DNA of 64,000 nt from Oikopleura dioica. Its lineage: Eukaryota > Animalia > Chordata. A model generated the notes under the pieces. It ran no database searches, was not told the DNA's origin, and saw only the letters and a list, made by a program, of their open reading frames with translations. Location: the NCBI GenBank assembly GCA_907165135.1, contig OU015568.1:7316001-7380000 (forward strand), in the 5' to 3' direction. Below are positions 24,301 to 36,300 of this stretch, in pieces (within the stretch, counting starts at the first letter, position 1; each line of letters begins with the position of its first letter). The position numbers were made by a program, and so were the translations under genes.

Positions 24301-27300
24301 ATTTATAAATATAAACTCGGAAGTTCAGTGTTTATTAATATGTCATCAACAACTTCCGTTGTGTATCCGTTACGATATGAGAATAAAATTTAAGATTTGA
24401 TTATTTTCAGTTCCGATCCAATGCTTTCTTTTGATAAATAAAAAGGATGAGCAAAAGAAAATTGAAGCAAAAGAGAAATGAGCACCGTTATCAATGGAGA
24501 ACTTCTACCAGACGCAACCTTCACATATCCTTTTCGTATTTTGCTCAGTGGATCTTCTGGAGCAGGAAAAACTTATATCGCAAAACAAGTTCTTTTGAAC
24601 AGACATCTATTTCAAAAGAAGACTAAACGAGTTTTCTATTATTATCCTTGTTTTTTGGAAGAAAAACCAGTGAAGTGGGATGATCTTTGTGTCCCTGTAA
24701 GCTACAGGGTTGGACTTCCTTCTCAAGAGGAAATTGACGAGATTCCGTCACATTCAACAATTGTACTCGATGATTTATATGAAGAAGCGATTCAAAGTCA
24801 AGCGATCGATCATCTGTTTCGAGTGACAAGTGGGAAGCGGAATTTAAATGTGATGATAATGACGCAAAATAACTATGCTCAAGGAAAATTCGGGAGAAAC
24901 ATCAAGCTCAACTGCAACGCTACCTTTCTATGCAGAAACTGTCTTGATGGGACAGTTAATAAACGTGCATGTAGTCAAGCTGGACTTCTAAAAGCTTACA
25001 AAAGAGCAACGGAAGAAAACAAGAACAAACAATATCCGTACATGTTTCTGGATCAATCACCCCGAGGCCATGCCTCGAGCTATCGTCTCTATACAGATAT
25101 ATTCACCGATTATCCGGTTGTTTTCTCAGTTAGCGGAATGAAGGCCTGCATCGTACCATACAACGATTTCAAGCAGAATTTCGATATTATCGCCAGAGAC
25201 AATACTTTCGAAGCAGTCGAAAAGAAACATGAGAAGAAATACCCGGAGTGCAAAACTATTGAGTCAACAAGAGTCAAATCAAAGATCAGATGCGACAGTT
25301 TTACCGAAGACTCGTCAGAGTCGGAGGTTGAAAGGTCAAGATCCAGAAAGCGAAACAAGAAGTCGAGTAACGACAAGAAATCAAAAAGGAAAGCAAAGAA
25401 GCGAAGACGACATTCAACCTCAAGCGAAGCGTCTTCGGAAACCGACGAGGAAGAGAAATCAAAATCAAAAAAGAGTAAGCGAAGACGTCCTTCAACCTCA
25501 AGCGAATCAGATAGCGAAAACATCAGCTCAGACGAAGTCGATTCAAAATCAAAAAAATCGAAGCGAAGAAGAAATTCAAGCTCATCCGAAAGTCCAACCT
25601 CCGAAGAAGTCAGCTCTGGAGGATCAGATTCAAGCCCTGTACGAAAACGTGGCAAGCGCTCCAGCATTCTCAGCGAAAGTAGCGGAATTTCTCCGGAAGA
25701 ATAAAGTGTCTAGTACTCATCGTCGCATATCCAAAAAGCGATTTCCTCGTCGACGATTTATTGTTGACACTGCATTCAAAATATTCCAGGGTGATCTTAT
25801 TGACTACCAAAAATTCAAATACTCTAATCGACATCACGTTTTTATTCTTCTCATTATCGACTGTTTTTCACGTTATGTTTGGACAAGACCTCTCAAAACC
25901 AAATCTGGGAAGGATGTGGCAAACGCTCTCAACGACATATTTCAAGATTTTATTGAGTGGCCGAATTCTTTGATTACAGATGAAGGTCTGGAATTCTACA
26001 ACTCAAATGTGCGCAAAATTCTGGATCGATATGGACTGCATCACTATAGTATCAAAAGTAAAATGAAGGCAGCGATAGCAGAACGTGCGATTCAAACTTT
26101 CAGAAAACGTATACATCTTTTCATGAAAAGAAACAGGACTAAAACTTGGATCGATGTTCTTCCGGCTATAACAAAAGGATATAATTCAACTCCTCATCGT
26201 TCAATTGGCATGGCTCCAAACCAAGTCTCATCAAAAAATAGAGCACAGGTTTTCACTCGACTATATCCCGACATTGACTTAAAAGTCAAGCCCAGACTAA
26301 AAGTTGGCAACGTTGTGAGAGTAAAAAAGAAAAAAGAACTTTTCGAAAAAGGATACACGCAAAATTGGTCAGACGAAGTTTACATCATCACGGACATCCG
26401 TCAAAGAGCTGGTATAGTTTGGTATAAAATTGCTGACGAAGAAGGAAATCGTCAACCTCGAATCAAGTATTATTTCGAACTCAATCTTGTCGCCAATGAT
26501 ATTGAATCTTTTCGGAACAAGAAGCAAGGAACTAAAAGTCCCTGAAATTTTATTTGATAACAACGAAGAATACTGTGTTCAAATTGTAAGCGCTGTCTGT
26601 AATCTTATGACCACTCCACGTGACGTTGGCATTGCTTTCATAACGTGTAACTCAATTGCTTCTTGCTATGGAGAACCGAATACGCTCATGATGGGTCAAA
26701 TCCGTCCAAACGATAGGTGGTGCCATTTTTCCGACCAACGCTCCCTTTTCTTCCCTTTAAACGTATATAACTGGCGGGATACGACATTTTCAATCGACTT
26801 AGAAAGTGAACACGTTGTCCAACAATTTTCTCTGCAGATCCAGATTACAACAAGAGAATGAAAACCATTATTTCCGCGCTCGAAAGTCGACCAAAAAAAT
26901 GGTTTCCCAAATCTCAGTCGGGCGCAGGAAAAAGAAAATCAAAAAAAGCTCCAACCAAATTAAAACTTACTCCAGCAAGAAAAAAACCTTCCTCAAAACC
27001 AAAGAAAAAAAGAAATTTTACAACAAAAGACTTGAAAAAGTCAAAGAAGTCGTCCAAAAAGAAAAGAGCATGAACTCTTACTATATTGCTAAACGTTTAG
27101 AACGTGTACAAAATTTCCTTGGTGTTTTCTCTATTGATACTCTTTCCACTCTTAATGAATATCCTGCTTTTCTCGTTGTTAATCTTTCACCGGAAAAGTC
27201 AAAAGGTTCTCACTGGATAGCACTTCGTATTGAAAAGTCAAAAATCGAGATTTTTGATAGTTTGAAATTAGGAAAATATCCAAAAGAATTAACCGACTTT

Positions 27301-30300
27301 TTCGGTGATCGTAAAAAATATTTTTATAAAAAAATTCAATCAGATGCGTCATTTTACTGTGGTTTCTACGTCTGTTTCTATGTTATCTTTCGCTCTCTTT
27401 ATTCTATGAAAAAACTTTCCTCTATTTTTTCTAAAAATCTTACTGAGAACGATCAACTTCTTTTTGACAAACTCTCTCAAATTTGGTGATTAAAATTGGT
27501 GAAAAACGATCTTCAATCTTTACTTGTTTAGACTGAAACTATGATAGAAGTTGAGTACTACGACCAGAAAGTCGTAAAGCGTCACTATCCCAGAGAGGTA
27601 GATAGTTTAACCGGACGTCTTCATTTCCACTTCGATGCTGATCCAAACCTTTTTCTCGTCAAAAACAACATTGCGATTCATTTCACGATCGAACTTGACA
27701 AGAACTACATCCCCTGCAATGGATTCGCAAGCAAACAGTTTGGAAAAACAGAAGTTGCCGTGAATTCTCAGATAATTGATAACTCCAATTCAAAGTAAGA
27801 GTTTTTGTTCATAGATTAGCCTTACTTTTTCTCTTAGCGCGCATTATATGCTAGCTGATTATTTGACAAAGCTGACAAACTACGATCCTCAATATGTGAT
27901 GACTGCTTTCCAGATCGAAGGGTACTATGACGAGTACAATTTTGAGACACTTGCGACAGATGCGGCTAAGGAAGAAATCAGAGACGGTAGGAGACCAGGC
28001 TGCTTTGTCAACTCCGATGGGAATTATGTTTACGAACTCATCTTCTTACCTACTCACGGATTCTTCCTTGAAAATAAACCTCTTCCTCTCAACACTGATC
28101 TATCACTGACGCTCTACCGTCTAAAGCATGAGTTCTCTACAATTTTTATTGGAAGCGACCCAAATGATAAGTTGCCGGCTGGAGAAGCTCTCAAAATAAC
28201 AGATGCCTATGCAATGGTTGAATATGTGTCCTCTACAAGCTTGAGAAATCATTTTGCGAGAATCAAATCAAAACCGATCTCCTACAAATTCAATGACACT
28301 ATGATAAAGACAATGGCTTTACCAAAAGGTCGTAAGCAAGTTCAGCTTCTCAATGTTACTGGTGGAAATACTCCCGCGTACATGTTCTTTGGACTCATCA
28401 AAACAGATGCCTTGTTTGGATCGGATGCTTTTGAGTCCACAAATTTCAGTTTTCATCAGGATCTTACTCAAATAAACGTCACATTAAATGGGCAGTCGCT
28501 CCATGGATATCCTCAGGTAAGATAACATAGAAGAATAAAAAAATTTATCATGTTTCTAGAAAATCACGAATCAGTATCCAATTCTCCCTTATTGGAAATT
28601 TCAAAATGCTCTTGGAAGAATCTCTCAAAGCAACTTGTCTTATGTGACATCCATGGATGCGTACAAGAGCAATGCAATTTTCGCTCATGAATTTGAGGGC
28701 GAGGAAATATCACAAGGATGGCTCTCCTTCACATTCGATTTCAACAAACCACTAGATGACGACGATGACTATCACATTGTTATATGGTCAATTGTGTCTG
28801 TCAAACTTACGATTGACGAACATAAACAAGTCGAAAAAACGTTATTGTAAAGGTAAACATAAAAGAATCACTGGTAGTAAAAGATGCACTGACTAACCAG
28901 TGCTTTAGCACTTCTGGACTTGATTTTGTCATTTTCGTCATTCTCAAAAAGATGTTTGTCACGATTAAATCTTTCACTTTTCGATCACACAACGGAGGCG
29001 GATTTTTCAAAGTCAAGGGAACTTTTATCCCAGGCTTTGAGAGTCATTTTGACTATACCCAACCTGCTTCAGAAATCAACTTGAGAATGTATGAAAGGAC
29101 TGCAGCTGAAATTTCTGAAACGTTCGCTACTCTTCTTTCCTTCACAGAATCTCATCAACCTGCGTCCGTCAACCTTACTTCCGAGTCAAAGCAATCCGAC
29201 TGGGAAAGAGAGCACAATATCCCCGCTTCCTACACTTTCCGATTCAGTCGACTTCCGACTCAGTCAACTCCGACCCAGCTTTCTCCCATTCAGCCAACTC
29301 CGGCTCCGCTTTCTCCCATTCAGCCAACTCCGATCAAGCCAACTCCGATCCAGCCAACTCCGATCCAGCCAACTCCGATTCAGCCAACTCTGATTCAGCC
29401 AACTCCTATCAAGCCAACTCTCATCCAGCCAACTCCCATTCAGCCAACTCCAATCCAGCCAACTCCGATTCAGCCGATTCAGCCAGCTTACGAACAACCA
29501 ACTCCGATTCAGCCAGCTTCCGAGCAACAAATGGACATCTAATCTTTTCCTTTTCTGATCGTTTTCTGCTTCTTTACTCGAGTAATAAAATTTGGTGTTT
29601 TTTTTATTTCCTTGTCGTTCTTTCAAGCAGGTTCCTTTATTTATAAACATTCAAGACGCGAAGTTCCGCTCGAGTAGAATCAGTGGTCAAAAGCAGGCAC
29701 TGAGTATCCAGCGCTTTTGAACCTCATAGAAGAATTCTTAGTTGATCTCATTCTCAACAAAAAAAATGTTCCGATGTTCCGAAGTCTCCTCAGCTGATTT
29801 TATGGTTCAAATTGAAGCCTTCGACTTTGAGCATAAAGGTTGTGGAGGAGTTTTTCACATTGATGCCATGTGCATGCCGCTTATCGACGTTCACTTTCCT
29901 GGTGGATTCCCAGCAGCAGAGCTTGATCTCCGGATAACAGTCTCGACAAAACAAGAGGTTGAGACGGAATTCCTTCAGCTTTTGGAATTTTGTCACTCAA
30001 AAAAGCCCGTACCAATAATTCTTCTTGAAAAAGTGCTCACTTCCGAGGGAAAAAAAGGGGAAGCAATTTTTGGTTGCTGGACGTTTCAATACAACTTCCC
30101 GATGCAACTCGAGCAGACTCCTCCAGAGGATTGTTCAAACTGTGGATCACCAATATTCAAGCTTGAAGAATGGAAGGTGACAAAGTATAATCATTGAATC
30201 TTCAAATGAAACTGTCTTTTCTTGTGGTGCTTTGCTTTTCTATACTTTCTTAGATAAACTGTGGTGCTTGCTCTACTTTACTTTTATTTTGTCGTGCTTT

Positions 30301-33300
30301 CCTTTGTAAATATTTTTCGGTGAAAATAAATGTCGGTGATAAATCTTTTTGTAGTTTTTTGAAGCAGGATCTTTTATTTATAAACAAAGGAAGCGTAGAA
30401 GCGGTGTCAAGGCTAGGAAAAGAGCACTGGTTAACCAGTGCATTTGAACTTCAGGAGCAAAATCGATTCTTCTCTCATTCGCAAAAATGATCGTTACAAT
30501 CAAAGACTTTGATTTTCACACCGCCAATAAAGGAGGAGTTTTCTACATCGACGCTTCAGTGATCTCGAATGACGATAAATTTTTTCCTGATGGATTCTCA
30601 GGAGAAGAAATTGAGCTCCGTCTGCCTGTTTCAACTAAACATCAGCTCGAAGTCGAGTTCCTTCACCTGCTCGAGTTTCGCCACACCAAGAAGCAGCTAC
30701 TGATCGAGATCGAACGCGAGGCTCTTCAAACACTCTCTGAACAGATGAGAAATGAGCCAAAAGCGTACATTTTCAGGTACACTATGCCATTCCAACCTGA
30801 AGAAGAGCCATCTCATGACTGTCCCATCTGCGGTCAAGAAAATGTCTTCCAATCTCCGTCCGTTCTTGGATGGAACTTGCGTACAACTCCCGACGATGAT
30901 GTTCTAACGCAGCCCGAGCAAACAGGAACGATTTACATCAACGAGGACTACCAAGCTGTTCCACCACCAAAAAAGTCTCGGAGCCTCTGAATAATCAAAT
31001 GCAAGCTTTTTCAATTTCGGCTCTTTTCTGTTTCTGCTTCTCAAAATTTCTGCTCCTAAAAATTTCTGATCTTTCATACTTCTTTGTTTTTTCTACTCAA
31101 TTTCTATCTGGTGAAAATAAAATTTGGTGAAAATATAAATTGTATTAAGCGTTTTTTTTTATGCAATCAAAGCAAAGAGATTTCAGAAATTTGGAATGTA
31201 TTCGGTAAGCCAATGACAATAACGATTAAAAAATATACTGTTTCATTTTAAGAAAGCGGTTGATACAGAAGACGAAGTTGTCAAAACAGTTTTCATTTGA
31301 TAAGAATTATATCCCGAAGTGATAACAACAATGTTTTTAATGATAGTGTTTCATTTTAGAATTCAATTTCCATTTTTGCAGAAGCGATCATAATGATAGA
31401 TATAAAAATTTGAGTTTCATTTTTTGGATTTGATGAGAATTAAGAAATTTGAGATGTTAAATCGAGTAGAGTATCCAAAAGAGGGCGCGCAGAGTAGAAA
31501 CAAGGTCACACTGAGAGTCCCGCTGCGTCTTGGTTTCATTTCATCTTTGTAACGTAGACGCTGCAGGTGAGAAGTTTAGTCAGATTGAACCCGCTCTTTC
31601 TGAAGCTTGATTGATTCTCGTGCTCGATCTCGACCATTTGAGGAATTTCGGACCAGCTTGGAATATTTTCAAGAAAGGCTTTCTTGGAAAATTTGTCTTT
31701 AATCAAGTGTGGCTCGATCGGAAGTCCAGTTGATATTTGAGGCCAGTGAAATCGGTAGCGGGAATCTGGATCTTCAGTCAAAATATTTTCCATGAGAAAA
31801 CCGAAATCAATTTTGATTCGAAATACTGGAGAAATCACATCGAAGATGTCTTCGATGAGGCTGTTCAAATCAAAATTTTTATTTAAGAGTAATCTCAAAT
31901 GAGCAGTTTCAACGATTCGCCCAGGTTTCGGAGGAGGTATGATTAGCCTGTTGTGAAGCTGACCAACTCTCTCGGTTTGTCGGAAAAAATCGAGCTCCTC
32001 TTCGGCGAGAGGAAGGTAAGTTCCTCCATATTCTTTTCGAAGCGCTTCAAGATCAGCTCGCTCTGATGGATAAAAAGGCATTTTGCAAAAAAGAGTGAAG
32101 CCAGTTGATATATATGCACCAAGATTTATTGAAATGGAACAGATTAAAGGATTTTACCGTCAAGGGTCAGTGGTTTACATGTCACGCCGTCCGACATGAC
32201 TCGAAGTTTAACAAAAATATTCGAAAGAACTTTTTTTTTTCAATCGAAATCCGCTTAACAATATTGTCGTTGGTCGAGCGTAACATGCGAACTTGACAAG
32301 TATTATTTGTGGCAATGGTCCCTTTTAAACAGTCGAGAAATTCTTGAAGTTTGAGCTCGTGATTATGAGGAACTCCTTTCGTCGATCGCTTGCTCTCTTT
32401 CTTTTCTTCATCAAAGCCAAAGTACATCTTGTTTCCGAGGCAGACAAGGGCGCCGTTATTTGTTTGCCACTCAGCTATTAGAGTTTAAAATCCAGATGCA
32501 AAATGATCAAACCTTTGAGAAGACCAGGAGTTTTATGATTAAGAGTGGTGTCTTCAAGAACAATCCATTTGTGCCAAACTTGAAGAAACTCTTCCATAAG
32601 CTCCTCTCGAACACATGGTAGCAGAGCGGCTTCCATCTGTGACCTTGTTGTTTGTCCATCCGTTCCGCTTCGAGTAAACGCTGAAATATTTTTATAAGTG
32701 GCAGAAAATACAAACTTACATATTGCTAAGCTGTCAGTATCACAGTAGTTTAGCTTGTAGGACCCAGGTCTCAGGTATTTGTGAAGAAAATTGTAAACAA
32801 AGGAGAGAAAATGGAGTTTTGAATTTTGAAGAATAGCCACACCGAGAACAGTTGGCTTATCATCTTTGATCCGCAACTTGTCAAAAATGACCTCTGAAAT
32901 TTCATACTCTCCGTTTTCTTGACAGAGAGCCTCCGATGATTTATAAGTTGGTTTAACAATAGATTTCTTGAGCTGTTTATCGTCGTTGAATTTTGTATTT
33001 GGACGATCAACTTGCTCGATCGCCTTCCCAAATCCTCCGCAATTTCCGATGGTCTTAAAAGCCAAAGCGAGAGCAGAGTTATTGGCATCAAGGGCGTTTA
33101 CGCGACCATTGGTTATATTATTGGCATAATCGCTTAGACTTTTGGTCGCTCGAAATTGAGTAAAAGATCGAATATTTGTTATTTCCAAACCAAGTTCAAG
33201 ATAAAATTTCACTAATGTTGTCAAGAGAAACATTTTCTTACCATTGTAAGTCTGAACAACAGTTTCCTGGTCGCACTTGCTTCCAGTTTTCTCAAACTGA

Positions 33301-36300
33301 GCTTTCATATATGAACTCAAATGCTCGTCAGTGATTTTCATACGCTGAATGACCGGAGGAAAATTTATGTACGAAATCTGATCAAAAACTTCTTTCGGAC
33401 AAGAAACATCGGCCTCGATAAATCCGTATATCTCATCATTTTTTATTCCTTCAAGAATGCTTTTTTCTGATTCTTTCAGCTTGAAAATATGTCCCCAATA
33501 TTTAGAAACTCGGTCAACATAATATTTATTTCGTCGGTGAACCCATTCACATTCTCGCATGATGTGAACAGTCCCTTTTCTGGACAAAATTCGACGTTTC
33601 TTCTCAAACCCATGGTCAATCTGACCGGGGTTGCAATCAACACAATATTGATGAAAATAACATCCTAAAAACTCGAAATAATGATGCTGTCCATCAACAC
33701 AAGCGTACCCGTCAATTTTATAATTAAGGACCTGGTGCTCTCCCCTGAAATACTGATGCTCAAGTCGGACCCGCTCTCCATTAGTCTGAACCAACAAGGG
33801 GCTGAACTCGTCAATGTATGTAAGCCATTGAAGCGCAGCAAGAGAGTTGTCCGACGTCATTATGGATTTTCGAAAGACGGTATTGTCGATTTTCTGCCAT
33901 CTGATACCTTATCATAAGAGTGAGCTCAGAAACAGTAAAAAAATTACCTGGAGTGGACGGTAATAGCATCTTCTGTGCGTACAAGTACAAAGCATTGAAG
34001 TCAAAAAAGACTATCTTTGTAAAAGGATCCCCATTTGGCGCGAACTTGGCATTTCTCGGAGCGTCCACCTCGGGTCGAAGCTCAGTGTAGCGAGAATAGA
34101 CGTTTACCAGACCACCGATGATATTATCGCGGAGAAGTTTATGTTCTTTGTGACAAGTACGGTGGAAGGAAACTTGAAAAATATTATTAAAATCAATTTC
34201 ACAAAAAATAACTTACATGTGAGCGGTGAATCTTTCGAATACCCTTCAAAAACGCACGCCATCGCAAATTTTGGTAGACTCATGCAAAAAGAAGGGTCAA
34301 TTTTGAAAGTCTCAAAGAATAATTTGAATTGATTGTCGATGGCTTTCGCAAAAGGAGTGACATCTGCCAAATTGTAGTGCTGAAGCCAATGAGCCATGGA
34401 ATAATGGGGGTCTCTTCTTTGATTTTTGTTAAATTCATCTTTGAAAATTTCATAATCTTCTTCTGAAATAGCTTTATTTTTAAGACTCGAGAAGAAATCC
34501 TCTCGAGGAGGAAAATTCTTGTCATTCATGATATCAAAAACGCTATGATATTTTTCATAAGGCCAAATCGCCTTTCCTTCGTCGACTCCTCCTTGTTTAA
34601 GATATCCAGCAAGATCAGTTGGAGTGCTAAAAAGTTTTGCATCTTTGAATTGATATTTCGGGGTTGACATAGAGAAGTAATGACTGCCTTTTTTAATACT
34701 TGTAAATTTGGACCCGTGTTTTTTCATCAAAATTGGGATAAGATACGGACTTAAGACTTTCAAATCAAACTTAGCACTATTGAAACCAAAGATGTCCATT
34801 TTTGCATAATTTGTGAGTTCTCGACGTAAATATCGGATTTTCATCTTTTGCTCAGCATGCACTTCAAAATTGTCAGCAACTATTGGGAGAAAAATACTAC
34901 CTGAATTCATATCGATGTTTTGGAGGTTTTGAATCGAGTCTCTTAGCTCAGATGGGAGATAATTTTCTTCAGCGACTGCAAGAGATTCAATTTCGTCAAC
35001 AAATCTTTGAACAAGCTCTTTTGCCCCGTCATTCTCGTCATTCCGTCGGATCAAGAATCGCTGGTATCCGAAGTTGCTTCCTATTCCGATTGAAAGAAGT
35101 CGAAGTTCAGAGTGAACTGTTGTTGACTTGTTGGTTTCTTCAATCTGACGCTCCATGGTCTCGATATCAAAAGTGACTTAAACCTTTTATTTTTTGTCAT
35201 CATAGATGAAACTTACTAAATCTGGTTTTTCTGTATTTTCTCATCTCAGGTGAAAGAAACCCAGCTTGAATCGCCTCTTCAATCGGATTAATTGATGTAC
35301 CGTAGACTCGTTGATTAGGAGTGATCTTTTTTACTCGCCTTTGACATCCCTTTTCATGATTCTGCAAGTATGATTCGAAAAAGGTTTCAAATCCACAGAG
35401 GGAGTTCGAACATTTGTACACATTGCCCAAACTGTTCATATCAAAAATATATCTTAGATTAAGCTTATTTGTGGAAAGAAGTTCGTCTTTATCAACAATA
35501 AAATTGAGGATCCTCGAGTTTTTATCGCTTGAAAAAGTTTGTAGTAGCTCAAGTTTGTAAAGATTCATGTGATTAGTGATTAATTGGAAAAAATTTACCT
35601 CTGCTGCAAGTTTTTTCGCAATTTTTGATAGATCTTTCGAAAAAACATCATTTGGTCCTTCAAAAAGACTCAGACCATCTATTTTGAATGAGAAATCATT
35701 TATGCTATTGATATTGGATTTCTTTCTGTATAATTTTGCGAGAAATGTGTCAAATGGGTAAAGATAAAAATAGCATTCACCCTCTTCGATTATAACGCTT
35801 GTTCTTCTCAGAACACTTTCCTCAAGAAGAACGAGTTTTATCGTATGTTTGAACTTAGATTTTACGTTGACAATGTCAAGGTTGTAAAATGCTATGATCT
35901 CTTCCTTGCTAAACGCCGAATGCACTAATGAAAGATTATGAATATGAGAAATAAATCGAGACTCTGCGAGTTTTCCGTCCTTGAATAAGGTTTTGAAATC
36001 GCCGCCAAATCTCTGGATCTCTCCCAAAGTTATCCATGGATTTAATCCAGGAAAATACAAATTATATCTCTTCATGCTCAATCAAAACGATTGCTCTTTT
36101 TATTATCGTTTTCCACTCGAGTTCACCTGCGCCACCGGCTCAACCAATACAACAAGGTCAACTTCCTGCTTATAAATAAAAATCAACAAAAAGGTATGGA
36201 GAAAAACTGTATTAGACAACAAGTGAGTAGGTTCCAACAGAGTAAAATACAGCTAAGCCGTTTTCAATCGAGAGGGCAAGCTCGTAGCCGTCGTTTTCAA

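Larger units (their letters stand above)
28886..30441 (+). promoter_or_regulatory. Three copies of an 18-bp palindromic motif, one before each paralogue
   Basis: GCACTGACTAACCAGTGC 28886-28903; GCACTGAGTATCCAGCGC 29697-29714; GCACTGGTTAACCAGTGC 30424-30441; each 46-52 nt before an ATG. Confidence 0.7.

Noticed and set aside
25110-25667. 185-aa minus-strand ORF
   Set aside because: Antisense shadow of the low-complexity ATPase/integrase overlap
26806-27069. N-terminal extension of the protease in the ORF track (227 aa)
   Set aside because: Starts at a non-ATG codon and overlaps two other genes; the adenain domain begins at ATG 27070
29264-29650. ([10 protein letters not shown])n minus-strand ORF and the parallel SQLRS frame
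   Set aside because: Stop-free by-products of the 15-bp minisatellite; the QPTPI frame is continuous with an ATG-started paralogue
29766-29790. MFRCSE as an Rb-binding LxCxE motif
   Set aside because: First position is F/M rather than L, there is no acidic patch after it, and paralogues lack it
31100-31480. Recurring gtttcatttt motif as a structured repeat
   Set aside because: Short AT-rich word in a convergent 3'-end region; compatible with base composition
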